Source: Candidatus Omnitrophota bacterium (GTDB lineage: Bacteria > Hinthialibacterota > Hinthialibacteria > Hinthialibacterales > Hinthialibacteraceae). From it: DNA of 64,000 bases. Made by a program: the position numbers and the translations under genes. The notes under the pieces were generated by a model. That model was given only the letters and a program-made list of their open reading frames with translations. It was not told the origin of the DNA and did not search any database. Location of the stretch: assembly GCA_003598175.1 (NCBI GenBank), contig QZKN01000001.1, forward strand, positions 41,695-105,694, read 5' to 3'. Positions within the stretch are counted from its first letter, which is position 1; each line of letters opens with the position of its first letter. Positions 1 to 9,711 of the stretch are shown in pieces.

Positions 1-1
1 T

Positions 2-889
2 GACGAGATCACCCTCATCGCTGATCGGTTGCGACTGATTCTCGGTTCGAATTTCAGTCAAAATGATTATATGGGATTCGAAGTGCAGCCGAATGCCCGG
101 CTCCTCTGGACGCCTCATGAGCGGCAGATTTTCTGGACGTCGATTTCCCGGACCGCAAGAACTCCCACGCGCGCCAATCACGATATTTCAAATATTTTAT
201 ATGCCCCTCCTTCCTCCCCCAGCAATCCGTTCGATCTTCCGATTACCGTCCATGTCATCGGAAACCGAGACATTACAGCGGAAGAACTGATCGCCAGCGA
301 GGTGGGATATCGAGTGTTGATATCCGATCAACTTTCATTGGACATCGCTTCGTTTTTCAACCTGTACGATCATCTCATCACCGGCGAACCGGATTTGCTG
401 TTCTCTCCTTCTCCCGGTCAGCTGCAAATGAGCATGACCGGAGATAATAAAGGGTATGGGGAAACCTACGGCGTGGAACTCTCGGCGGATTACACGCCCT
501 TCGATTGGTGGCGCATGCAGGCTGCTTATACCTTTTTACAAATGCAATTGCATATCGGCAAAGACAGCGGCGACGTATTTTTTGAAAATACCGAAGGGGA
601 GAGTCCCCATCATCAGTTTTCACTGCGTTCCTCGTTCGATCCCGCAAACAACGTGGAATTGGATGCGTGGATTCGGTATGTGGATGAACTCCCTCACCCA
701 AAAATTCCGGCATACCTTGCGCTCGACATTCGATTGGGGTGGAAACCTCGAAACAATTTGGAATTCTCGATCGGCGCACAAAACCTGCTTGACCGTCATC
801 ACGCCGAATTCGGGAATCCGGATCTATTTCCGGCGCTGTCGGCGGAAATCGAACGAAGCGTTTATGCAAAAGTGATATGGCAATTTTGA
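2..889 (+). CDS. TonB-dependent receptor, C-terminal part (gene starts before the window)
   Basis: Frame is open from base 2. Beta-barrel-like strands, YLALDIRLGW..NLEFSIGAQNLLD motif and terminal aromatic ...VIWQF. Confidence 0.85.
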   Translation, partial: DEITLIADRLRLILGSNFSQNDYMGFEVQPNARLLWTPHERQIFWTSISRTARTPTRANHDISNILYAPPSSPSNPFDLPITVHVIGNRDITAEELIASEVGYRVLISDQLSLDIASFFNLYDHLITGEPDLLFSPSPGQLQMSMTGDNKGYGETYGVELSADYTPFDWWRMQAAYTFLQMQLHIGKDSGDVFFENTEGESPHHQFSLRSSFDPANNVELDAWIRYVDELPHPKIPAYLALDIRLGWKPRNNLEFSIGAQNLLDRHHAEFGNPDLFPALSAEIERSVYAKVIWQF

Positions 890-1548
890 TGGATTGCGCT
901 TTTTATCCTATTTCAGAACGGCGGTTATCGGCTGTCGCGGATCTCGTGCGCGACCGAATCGGTTTCTCGATCCGGAAACCTTTCCTTTGCCTGTTTGCCA
1001 TGGCTCTGCTCTCCGTTCCCGCAATCGCACGGGGACAGCAAAGCGCTATTTATGATGAATACGAAATCAAATCCGCGCTCATTTATAAACTTTCCTTTTT
1101 TATGGAATGGCCGGCAACGGCGTATGCAAACGAGAATTCACCGATCATCCTGTATATCCTTGGGAAAGATCCTTTTGGTGCGCGTATTGAAAAAACAATC
1201 AAAAACACGACTGTAAACGGTAGGCCGATTCTCGTGAAACGCGCCCAAGAATTGGATGCATTGGAAAAATGCCACATTCTCTTCATTGCGGAATCCGAAA
1301 AAGGGCATTTGGAGGAAATTTTCTCGCACGTCCAAGCCTGGAATGTGCTTACGGTCAGTGAATTTCAAGGATTTGCGAACGCCGGCGGGGGAATCAATTT
1401 CTTTCAGGAAAACAACACGATCCGATTTGAAGTGAACGTTGCGGCGATTCGACGCGTACATCTGCGAATCGATTCGCAGGTATTGGAACTCAAGCAAGTA
1501 AAGGTGATCTTGGAGGACAATATCAGCAAAGGAAAAAATGCGGAATAA
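877..1548 (+). CDS. YfiR/DUF4154 family periplasmic protein
   Basis: Signal-like N-terminus, EYEIKSALIYKL..F.EWP, CHILFI, IRFEVN and LRIDSQVLEL motifs. It sits directly after a TonB receptor, the usual context. Confidence 0.85.
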   Translation: MAILMDCAFYPISERRLSAVADLVRDRIGFSIRKPFLCLFAMALLSVPAIARGQQSAIYDEYEIKSALIYKLSFFMEWPATAYANENSPIILYILGKDPFGARIEKTIKNTTVNGRPILVKRAQELDALEKCHILFIAESEKGHLEEIFSHVQAWNVLTVSEFQGFANAGGGINFFQENNTIRFEVNVAAIRRVHLRIDSQVLELKQVKVILEDNISKGKNAE

Positions 1549-1605
1549 AGTTTGGCTCTTTTTATGTCTCCAACGCTCTTTCCTGACTATGACGGGGATG
1601 CGTGA

Positions 1606-3042
1606 TCAAATCCACGGCGCTTTTTTCAGGACGTTTCTTTTTTCTTCCAACCGAAAGATTCGTTGCGCGTTGCCGTTCATGATCGGCTCGATCAACTCTA
1701 CGGCATTCCGTAACGACAGCCATTCCTCTTCGACCAGCTGCGCCAAGGATTGCGTGATGCCGCGGCGGGCGATGGCGGCGTGGCCGACGACCGGCTCAAC
1801 GACAATGTAATCGCCGCCGAACGTCAGGATTTTATTCGCGGGCGCGGTGACAAGATATTGTTTTAGGAAATTCACGCCGGCGACCGGGCTGATAATCCAC
1901 GCCCAGCACATATCGACGTACGCATTGGTATAGTGTTTGGCGGCGGCGATCAATTCTTCATAATACGGGTAACAAATATGCATGAAAACGAATGTCGTAT
2001 CCGGCGCGCGTTTGCAGAGATCGGTGATGGCGGCAGGATTTTGCTGCAGGCGGGATAACGGCATGGAATTCTGACCGGCGTAATAACCGGTGTGAAGTTT
2101 GACCGGCAGTTTCCATTCCGTCGCCTTGCGGACGCTGTACCAGAACAGATGATCTTCGAGTTGCTTTTTCTCTTCATTCGTCAAAGGATCATTATCGATG
2201 CGTTTTTTAAACAGCGGTTCCGCAGTTTCCGCAGGAACCTCTTCGTAATCGATGTTGCGGCCATAGGCGGCCTGCGATTTCACCGCGACGGCGTACGGAC
2301 CATATTTATCGAACCACCAATCGATGACTCGATGCCAATCGGCAAGATCATGTACCTCGATTCCCGCTTTCGATGCGTATCCCTGGATGTTCGGGCCGAT
2401 GTGCATGCCGACGATACTGATATCCTGCATCAACAATGCAGGCTGGCGAGTTTCGCCGAACGGGGCGGAAAGGCAATTGACTTGACAGGATTCTATCCCC
2501 GCCACATTTTGCAAGACGTCGTGATAAAAACCGGGTTTGATACAACGAAGATACCTTTCCTGGATGGAAGGAACGCTGTCTCGCGAAAGCCCATCGACTT
2601 CATAGAGTTCCCGCATGGCAATGTCAACGGCCTGCCCATAGCCGGTGTTTTTCACCGCCGGCCAAAACGGCGCCAGCAAATCCCATTTTTGAATCGGATC
2701 GACGTCCGGCGATAAGAAATTCTGAAAGGTTTGCGGCGGCATGCCGGCGGTTAAGAGGTCGGAATCGATATAATGGCAGAGAAGGAACGACCAGTCGTTG
2801 CTTTTCATGCGTGGATTGTCGGCGTTGAGTCGGTCATCCTCTTCGATGAGGTGTTCGTGCGTGTCGATGAAGAGCGTTTTTTGAACGAGTTGGTTGATCT
2901 GCTCGCGCCAGTTTGCAGGTTTGGCGTCCGCGGTTGCCGTGTTTGCCGTTAGACAGGGATTCACCGCGCCGATGGCAGCGGCAGTCCCAATCGCTCCCAC
3001 ACTTTGGATGGCTTTACGTCTTGATACGGTATTTTGTTTCAT
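1606..3042 (-). CDS. Amidohydrolase family protein with Tat signal
   Basis: SRRKAIQ twin-arginine leader and metal-ligand motifs DTHEH, KLHTG, FMHI and FGGD. Confidence 0.85.
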   Translation of the reverse strand: MKQNTVSRRKAIQSVGAIGTAAAIGAVNPCLTANTATADAKPANWREQINQLVQKTLFIDTHEHLIEEDDRLNADNPRMKSNDWSFLLCHYIDSDLLTAGMPPQTFQNFLSPDVDPIQKWDLLAPFWPAVKNTGYGQAVDIAMRELYEVDGLSRDSVPSIQERYLRCIKPGFYHDVLQNVAGIESCQVNCLSAPFGETRQPALLMQDISIVGMHIGPNIQGYASKAGIEVHDLADWHRVIDWWFDKYGPYAVAVKSQAAYGRNIDYEEVPAETAEPLFKKRIDNDPLTNEEKKQLEDHLFWYSVRKATEWKLPVKLHTGYYAGQNSMPLSRLQQNPAAITDLCKRAPDTTFVFMHICYPYYEELIAAAKHYTNAYVDMCWAWIISPVAGVNFLKQYLVTAPANKILTFGGDYIVVEPVVGHAAIARRGITQSLAQLVEEEWLSLRNAVELIEPIMNGNAQRIFRLEEKRNVLKKAPWI

Positions 3043-3057
3043 TGGTCGCCTCGCTTT

Positions 3058-3729
3058 CTATTTCAGTCTTTCCTCCAGCCATTGAATGGCGTCGTCCTGT
3101 TTGTGATCCGCTACTCCGATCACGGGGATTTCCAGTTTTTCCGCAATCAACCGTTTTTTTAGTTCTCGGATGAATACTCCCTGACCGTCCTGATGGCGAT
3201 CTTCCAGCCATGTGCGGATCACTCCACAGGCCGGACTGCCGTCTTTGCCGAGAATGCCCACCACCTCGAATCCCTGAAACAGGTACTCACGGATCGTAAA
3301 CACCAGGTCATCGAGCAACCGCTGAAGCCGTTTCATGCCGGCGGGGTGTTCCAGCCCCACGCGCACGTCGCGACGCCCCAGGCCGATGCAGTAGAGCTCC
3401 GGGCAAACCATCTGGATGACGCCAATCTGCTTGTTTTGCAGGTAATCCAACAGGGGATCGAACATGGCCGGAAAATCCGCGGCGCGCACGATGCGGGCGT
3501 TTTGATTGAGCATACAATGGGCAATGAAAACCACTTTACCGGAGCGGGGATCACCGCTCCAGTCGCGTTTGTTTTCATCTCTGCCGTGAAAGCCATTTTC
3601 GGGGATCGTGTAATCCGGGGAAGGGATGGAAGACTCTTCGGCAGCAGCATTACCGGCGTTTATCGCGGCCACGGCGAAGGGGGACATGGAAACAAAATGA
3701 CGTCTCGATAACGAAGATTTGTTGATCAT
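3058..3729 (-). CDS. TudS-related (DUF523/CD3072-like) putative Fe-S protein with Tat-like leader
   Basis: AHCMLNQN, VCPE and GSPACG Cys motifs. SRRHFV leader. Start moved to the ATG at 3729. Confidence 0.7.
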   Translation of the reverse strand: MINKSSLSRRHFVSMSPFAVAAINAGNAAAEESSIPSPDYTIPENGFHGRDENKRDWSGDPRSGKVVFIAHCMLNQNARIVRAADFPAMFDPLLDYLQNKQIGVIQMVCPELYCIGLGRRDVRVGLEHPAGMKRLQRLLDDLVFTIREYLFQGFEVVGILGKDGSPACGVIRTWLEDRHQDGQGVFIRELKKRLIAEKLEIPVIGVADHKQDDAIQWLEERLK

Positions 3730-3940
3730 GATGGAATTCTCCCGTGAATCAAGATTGTAATCTGATTGAAATCTCCAATAAATGCGCGTACGAATAGCGA
3801 CTCTGGACAAAAAGCATTACGTTATGATAAATTTAAATCAAGTTTAAAAGATGGATGATTATCCTTGTGTAAAAGGTTTCATACTGATTACACTGTAATT
3901 ATTGACAGACAAATCCTGTATCACGAGAGTAAAATATACC

Positions 3941-4606
3941 ATGATACGTCGGGATGATAGGGCTTTCACGCTTATCGAGTTATTGATCGTGGTCGCGATT
4001 ATCGGGATTCTTGCGGCGATCGCCGTCCCCAATTATCTCAACGCGCAGGTGCGGGCCAAACTGGCGCGGGGCATGGCCGATATGAAAAATCTCGGAACCG
4101 CCATTGAGAGCCTCCGGCTGGACAAGGGCCATCTGTTGGTCGATTTTTGGGACGACGACACGGAACTTGGCATTGAGCGCATCAAGAAATTCGGCGTCCC
4201 ACCCTTCGACAACAGCATGGCGCGAACCATGGTTCAAGTATTGGCGCCGTTGACCACGCCCACATCGTATATCAGCACGGTTCCGCGCGATCCGTTTAAT
4301 AAGAACGCGAACAATTCGCAAAGTTCCGACTTTGGGGAGACCTCGCAGGATTCCTACATTTATGGAGACAAGGAGCCGGAATACGGTAGAGAAAATCACA
4401 ACTTGAAACTGATTCTACCCGGCGTGGCGGAATCGTGGGGATTGCGTCCGCTGGGAATGAACGAATGGGCGCTGCTGGGAATCGGTCCTGACGCCGACGG
4501 GCAAAGCAAAGGCTACCAAAACGGCATCCCTTACCAGGCGACCAACGGCATAACCAGTCTCGGCGATATTATCTATCGCGTGGGAGAAGGCGCGACGGCG
4601 AAGTAA
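3941..4606 (+). CDS. Prepilin-type N-terminal cleavage/methylation domain protein
   Basis: RAFTLIELLIVVAIIGILAAIAVP motif. Start at ATG 3941. Confidence 0.85.
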   Translation: MIRRDDRAFTLIELLIVVAIIGILAAIAVPNYLNAQVRAKLARGMADMKNLGTAIESLRLDKGHLLVDFWDDDTELGIERIKKFGVPPFDNSMARTMVQVLAPLTTPTSYISTVPRDPFNKNANNSQSSDFGETSQDSYIYGDKEPEYGRENHNLKLILPGVAESWGLRPLGMNEWALLGIGPDADGQSKGYQNGIPYQATNGITSLGDIIYRVGEGATAK

Positions 4607-4614
4607 AGTCTTTG

Positions 4615-4992
4615 TTAGTCATGATGGGTCAATTCAAAGTTCAGATCGAGATCTATCGCTGCCGAAGCTAAAGCTGTATCGAGCGTCCAAAGATGGCATC
4701 CCATCAAACGCGAGGAAGCCAAAAGATTCACGTCAATCCATCCAAGGCCGCGACCATAGAACCGGCCTGCATCGATGAAGTGGAGGATTTCCTCCGGTTC
4801 GGCGAGAGGGGCTAAAGGCAAAGCTTGGAGTAAATCTAAAATTTCCTTGCGATTTTTCAAATTGCCACAAGCCAATTCTCCGATCACATACGGATGGCAT
4901 ATCACCGCCGCCCGGTTTAAGCGTTCGATCAAATTTTGATTGCCATACCTGAGATGATCGATCCACACCGAGGTGTCGACCAATACCATCAT
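4615..4992 (-). CDS. vapC: VapC-type PIN domain toxin
   Basis: VLVDTSVWID, VIGEL and GWID PIN motifs. Overlaps the upstream antitoxin by 4 nt. Confidence 0.88.
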   Translation of the reverse strand: MMVLVDTSVWIDHLRYGNQNLIERLNRAAVICHPYVIGELACGNLKNRKEILDLLQALPLAPLAEPEEILHFIDAGRFYGRGLGWIDVNLLASSRLMGCHLWTLDTALASAAIDLDLNFELTHHD

Positions 4993-5183
4993 GATTCGCT
5001 CTGCCTGCGGCGAATCGGACGAAGACGAGGCTCGGTTCCTCCGAGACTTGCAAGTCGCCGGGCGCTTTCAAGCGAGATTAAAGCCTCAAGACCGAGGCGA
5101 ACCAATGACGTCTTTTCCTTCACTCCCGTCAGATGCGCAGCCTTTTCGAGAAGAGTGTCATCTATGTTGAGGGTAGTTCTCAT
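4989..5183 (-). CDS. vapB: VapB-type antitoxin
   Basis: MRTTLNIDD.LL..A..LTG..EKT.LV..GL pattern, coupled to the PIN gene. Confidence 0.85.
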   Translation of the reverse strand: MRTTLNIDDTLLEKAAHLTGVKEKTSLVRLGLEALISLESARRLASLGGTEPRLRPIRRRQSES

Positions 5184-5219
5184 GCATATAATTATGCATG
5201 ATGTATACAGATTTGACAA
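5180..5219 (-). promoter_or_regulatory. Sigma70 promoter and operator palindrome of vapBC
   Basis: TTGTCA (5219-5214), 17 nt, CATAAT (5196-5191). Inverted repeat TCATGCATA-taat-TATGCATGA at 5180-5201 covers the -10 box and the start codon. Confidence 0.7.
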
Positions 5220-5554
5220 GTGGGAGTCAAGAAGGATTTTCCGTTTCATTACTATCGGTATGTACGATTGTTTTCTCTTCTATTGGTTATTATTGCAAAA
5301 ATGAGTTTCATCTTATCTCATAGGCAAGTTCAACCGCACATTCCGCGTTATCCACGACACAATATTTTGTTGAACACATTGATCTTGCTCTTCCACCTTC
5401 TCTCACAACGCAGTATTTGAGTATAAATTATCGCTGCCATGGATTTACTCCTCCTATCTTTTTTCCTCCGTCAAGCTTTTTTTTGGTATTAAACCAGACG
5501 TTGATGTTTGCGTTTTGAGTTCTATTCTGCTGATGAAAGAGTATAATACCAAGC

Positions 5555-5908
5555 GGGGGAGGAGGTGATCGCGGGCCGGTTGTTGCGGCTCGAGGAAAGT
5601 CCGGACTCCGCAGAGCAGGACGCTGGGTAACGCCCAGGAGGGGAAACCCTACGGATAGCGCCACAGAAAACAAACCGCCTGCCTCGGTAGGTAAGGGTGA
5701 AACGGTGGGGTAAGAGCCCACCGCGGTTCCGGGCGACCGGACCGGCACGGCAAGCCCCGTCCGGAGCAATGCCAAGTAGGAGAGGAGGAGCGGCTCGCTC
5801 CGTTCCGCAGTCATGCGGGTAACTCTTGGGTAGGCAGCTAGAGGTTGCCGGCAACGGCAATCCCAGAGAAATGATCACCCACGACAGAATCCGGCTTATC
5901 CCTCCCCC
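5555..5908 (+). ncRNA. rnpB: RNase P RNA, bacterial type A
   Basis: GAGGAAAGTCCGG and ACAGAATCCGGCTTA conserved regions. P1 helix GGGGGAGG (5555) / CCTCCCCC (5901-5908). TATAAT at 5542-5547. Confidence 0.96.
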
Positions 5909-5956
5909 AATTTTTTACTGCATTAAATAATTTGTAGTTGGTTGGGTGACAAGGGT

Positions 5957-5971
5957 AAGGCGTCTTGCCTT
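5957..5971. repeat. REP-like hairpin (degenerate)
   Basis: AAGGC-GTCTT-GCCTT has the same core as the hairpins at 39546, 52414 and 58021. Confidence 0.35.
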
Positions 5972-6514
5972 TGACCACCTGTAATTCCCATTTCAATGGA
6001 ATTATATACTACTAATATAATTATCCGGTTTCATTTTGATTCCTTGACATTCATTGCAAAATCAAGTACTTCTTTTCGTCTATCTCCAATGAAACCAAGA
6101 AGTAATAATTCACCAAACCAATACCATAAAGGTAAACAATTAGGTAATATCTCTTTTAATCTTGCTTCTTTCCCTTTATTTTATGCCTCAATCGATAAAG
6201 CTGGAGTTGTGTTTCCCGGTCTTTTGGAGCATAAACATATCGGCATTACAATATCATAATAAAGTGATGGCGAAGTCGGATCAGCGATAATTCATCCAAT
6301 CCGTCATCGAGGCTCGATCGAGTATTCTATCGCTATTCAATTCAAACGTTTGAATTCCATTGAACAGCACATGCTTTTGACGTTTCTCGTCATAGGTCAA
6401 TTGATTCCCTCCTGATAATGCATATCGTGTACACCGCCCAATAACATGAATTTCACTTTCAGTTTAAAAAGGCATACTTGTGTATCATCAATGGATGGGA
6501 GTAAGAGGTAAATC

Positions 6515-7051
6515 ATGACCACATTGGAAATGGAAAAAGGATTTCAGGAAATCCGGAAATTGTTTGAGGAAACCAACAAACAGATCAAAGCAACGGATAG
6601 GAAACTGAAGGAAACCGACGATAAAATTGAGAAACTGATCGGGCGTTGGAGTCTGTTTGTCGAAGGGCTGGTGGTTCCGGCAACCAAACAGTTTTTTCGG
6701 GAACGCGGCATCGCGATTCAGTATGTTTCCCAGCATGTCGATGTTTCCAGAGACGGGCGGGAAGAGATGGAGATCGATATTCTGGGGGTGAATGGCGAGT
6801 ATGCAATTTTGATCGAAGCCAAAAGCACACTCAGCGTCCGTAACGTGGATGAACATATCGAACGATTGAAGAAATTCAAGACCTTTTTTCCGGAATATTC
6901 CGATCGCAAAGCCATCGGCGCGGTGGCCGGGATTGTGATTCGAAAAGGCGCGGACAAATACGCCTATAAAAAAGGCTTGTTCGTCATCGCGCAAAGCGGA
7001 GACACGGTGACGATCCTCAACGACATGAATTTCGGGCCGAAAGCATGGTAA
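6515..7051 (+). CDS. Coiled-coil plus PD-(D/E)XK-like protein (DUF3782-like), copy 1
   Basis: N-terminal ET..K heptads and EIDIL...IEAK motif. Near-identical paralog at 57313. Confidence 0.75.
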   Translation: MTTLEMEKGFQEIRKLFEETNKQIKATDRKLKETDDKIEKLIGRWSLFVEGLVVPATKQFFRERGIAIQYVSQHVDVSRDGREEMEIDILGVNGEYAILIEAKSTLSVRNVDEHIERLKKFKTFFPEYSDRKAIGAVAGIVIRKGADKYAYKKGLFVIAQSGDTVTILNDMNFGPKAW

Positions 7052-7165
7052 TAGAAAAGAGTCAACCATTCGGGAAACAGCGGATGAGATTATCCACGCT
7101 ATTCAAAAACCATTAAAAATGAGAACGATTGTCAGTAATACTATTTTAAATAAATATTAGTAGTG

Positions 7166-8704
7166 TTAATGGACTGAATTTTGAGTATCCAGTTGGAGCG
7201 CATATAGATTTTTCATCGTTGGCACATACAAAACGCCGTTGGCGGCGGTGGGGGCGCCGGCCATGGGGCTGTCCATTCGGATGGTGTTGATGACTTGTTT
7301 TTCTCGATTGGCTGCGAATACAAAAAAATCTCTGCGTTTGTTTACTACATACACCTTGCCGTCGGCAACGAGCGGGGACGCCCAGATTTCGCCGCCGGTA
7401 TCGTGCGTCCAATACGCTGTTCCTGTCTTTGCGTCCACGCAATGCACCAATCCGCCACAGTCCGTGATGAATACCAGTCCGTCGGAGATCGCCGGCGTCG
7501 AGCAGCAGTGCAGTTTTAACTCGTAGGACCAGATCAATGCGGAAGTCGTGACGTCTTCCGTTTTCGTCGCGTCGATGCACTTCAGCCACGCCTGCTCTTT
7601 CCCCCACCAGATGTCGCCGCCGACGGCGACGTAAATGCGATTGTCATGGAATACCGGCATTCCCTTGATATTGCTGGGTCCCTCTTTCCGATTGCGGAGA
7701 TATTCGTGCACATTTTCTTTCGGCGCTGCGGGATCACAATCAAACCGCCAGATTCGTTTCAGTTTGGAGACTTCGCCTACTGCCGGGGTGGATTCCAATG
7801 CCGCAAATGCGTAGATCACGCCGTCGCCGCCAGCAAAGAAGATGAGTTTTTGCCCATTGACAACGCCCAGTGCGGGGGATGACCACGTACTGTGGAAAAT
7901 GCGGGGACCGATGTTCTCGTCGTCACGGGCCAGAAGCCGTCCTGAATGCTTATCGAGCACGATCAGGCTGGGCGCATCCGGCTTACGAATTTTTTGATGA
8001 GTGTTATCCACACCGTTGCTGGTGTTGATATATAGGAAATCCTCGTCGAGGAGAATCGAACTGTGGGCGGAATCATGCGGATAGGTTCCCGCTTGCCCGG
8101 GGATATCGAAGATCCAAATGATATCCGCATCCACCGAAGTGAATGCATACGCTGTTTCTTCGCTCCATTCCATATGCCGCGCTTCATCCTGATAAGGGCC
8201 GTCGTTTCCGTTACTTTGGCCATTGATATCCAGACAAATTACTTCATTGCGATTGCTGATGATGTATACGCGATCTCCCTCCACCGTTGCGGGTGATGGG
8301 ATTCCCGCGCGCGGCCAATCGAGATAGGGATCGGGACCTAACTTGGGAACCACCAACTGCCACAGGAACGCGCCGTCTTTCTCGTTGAAGCACATCAGGA
8401 TGCCGCGATCGCCTTTGTGGCGCGGATCACGCGGCGCATTGTTGTTGGTTCCGATAAACACTTTCCCGTTGGCGACGATTGGCGTCGACCAGGTTTCCGA
8501 ACCCAGCGACGCCGCCCACTTCACGTTTTTTTGAGTAGCGGGATCAAAGTCGCTCACCAGATTCGTTTCGCCGGATATCATGTTGCGCGTATGTTTTTGG
8601 CCCCATTGCGGTTGATCGGCGGCGTTGGCGCTCCCGATGGCAAAGCCGCCCAATACAATAAATACCAGCGTCATGAATACTCCATTTTTTTTCTGAATGA
8701 CCAT
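7166..8704 (-). CDS. PQQ-binding-like beta-propeller repeat protein
   Basis: Signal peptide, WPQWG-like start and repeated STP/SSP..DG.V..G...W propeller motifs. Start at ATG 8704 after GGAG. Confidence 0.85.
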   Translation of the reverse strand: MVIQKKNGVFMTLVFIVLGGFAIGSANAADQPQWGQKHTRNMISGETNLVSDFDPATQKNVKWAASLGSETWSTPIVANGKVFIGTNNNAPRDPRHKGDRGILMCFNEKDGAFLWQLVVPKLGPDPYLDWPRAGIPSPATVEGDRVYIISNRNEVICLDINGQSNGNDGPYQDEARHMEWSEETAYAFTSVDADIIWIFDIPGQAGTYPHDSAHSSILLDEDFLYINTSNGVDNTHQKIRKPDAPSLIVLDKHSGRLLARDDENIGPRIFHSTWSSPALGVVNGQKLIFFAGGDGVIYAFAALESTPAVGEVSKLKRIWRFDCDPAAPKENVHEYLRNRKEGPSNIKGMPVFHDNRIYVAVGGDIWWGKEQAWLKCIDATKTEDVTTSALIWSYELKLHCCSTPAISDGLVFITDCGGLVHCVDAKTGTAYWTHDTGGEIWASPLVADGKVYVVNKRRDFFVFAANREKQVINTIRMDSPMAGAPTAANGVLYVPTMKNLYALQLDTQNSVH

Positions 8705-8776
8705 GATGACTCCTGTTAATTTGAATGTAACGAAACAATGGGTCAAACGGCATGACCCTTTCTTTGTTCAATGATC

Positions 8777-8807
8777 GGTGGATTTCGCTTCGTTCAATCC
8801 ATACTAC
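8777..8807 (-). repeat. GTAG-type REP element
   Basis: Minus strand reads GTAGTATGGATTGAACGAAGCGAAATCCACC: GTAG head and TGGATT/AATCCA stem. Overlaps the stop of the upstream gene. Confidence 0.7.
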
Positions 8808-9687
8808 AATTTCGCAAAACCTCAAAAATAGCGGAATTGTCGAGTTCTCCCATTCCCGATTCCACTCCCGTCTGCAATAGTTGTTGGTGCAATTCGGATA
8901 CAGTAAGCCGCACGCCGACTTTTTGGCCGAGTTGGAGAATGAGATTAACATCCTTCAAATGCTGCGCCATCCGCGCTTCCGGTTGGAAATCACGTTTCAA
9001 CATTTTCTCACCCTTCGTATCCATCACACGCGAGTAAGACACGCCCGATTTGAGAAGTTCCATCACGTTTGGTAAATCCAACTGTAACGCTTCGGCGAGC
9101 AACAATCCTTCACTTAAAACCAGACGGTGAAGGCCGAGCACAAGATTGACGACCAATTTCGCCTGGCTGCCTTTGCCGCAGGGACCCATATGAAAAATTG
9201 GTTTGGCAAATGAATTCAGAATGTCGGAACAACGCGCCAGGTCTGCATGTGAGCCGCCGGCGATCACGACGGCCCGGCCTTCGGCCACATGGCGGGAGGA
9301 GCCGGCGATGCAGGCATCCACATAGGCGCACGAACGGGATTGCATCTGTTTTGCCATCGCCTCGACGCTGTCCGGATCGCCGGTTGTCGTGTCGATGATC
9401 AGAGTATGAGGCGTTGCTTGGGAAAGAATCCCATCCTCGCCGAAAATCACGTGACGAACGACGGTGGAGTCGGGGAGGGATAAGACGATTCGGTTTGCCA
9501 TGTTCGCGATTTCAGCGGGTGAATGTTGAATCTTCACTCCGATTTTTTTCAATTCATTGCAACGAGACGAATCAATGTCGTATCCGACAACGCAATGATG
9601 ATCCTGCAACAATCGCTTCGCGATTTCGCTTCCCACGAGGCCGAGTCCGATCAGGCCCACCGGTTCTTTTGTTATTTCGTCGCTCAT
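8794..9687 (-). CDS. NAD(P)-dependent oxidoreductase, 3-hydroxyisobutyrate/6-phosphogluconate dehydrogenase family
   Basis: GLIGLGLVG Rossmann motif, DACIAGS and GSQAKLVVN. Confidence 0.88.
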   Translation of the reverse strand: MSDEITKEPVGLIGLGLVGSEIAKRLLQDHHCVVGYDIDSSRCNELKKIGVKIQHSPAEIANMANRIVLSLPDSTVVRHVIFGEDGILSQATPHTLIIDTTTGDPDSVEAMAKQMQSRSCAYVDACIAGSSRHVAEGRAVVIAGGSHADLARCSDILNSFAKPIFHMGPCGKGSQAKLVVNLVLGLHRLVLSEGLLLAEALQLDLPNVMELLKSGVSYSRVMDTKGEKMLKRDFQPEARMAQHLKDVNLILQLGQKVGVRLTVSELHQQLLQTGVESGMGELDNSAIFEVLRNCSMD

Positions 9688-9711
9688 AGTTGTGCGTCCA
9701 ATCATTTCTTA

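Noticed and set aside
3941-4030. Ala rather than Gly at the prepilin -1 position (RA-FTLIE)
   Set aside because: This is a common variant in PVC-like lineages and is not novel.
5428-5878. ORFs 5428..5814 and 5522..5878 on the minus strand
   Set aside because: They are antisense shadows of the RNase P RNA gene.
7052-7165. RETADEIIHAI frame resembling an IS630 transposase C-terminus
   Set aside because: The match is too short, with no inverted repeats or DDE region.
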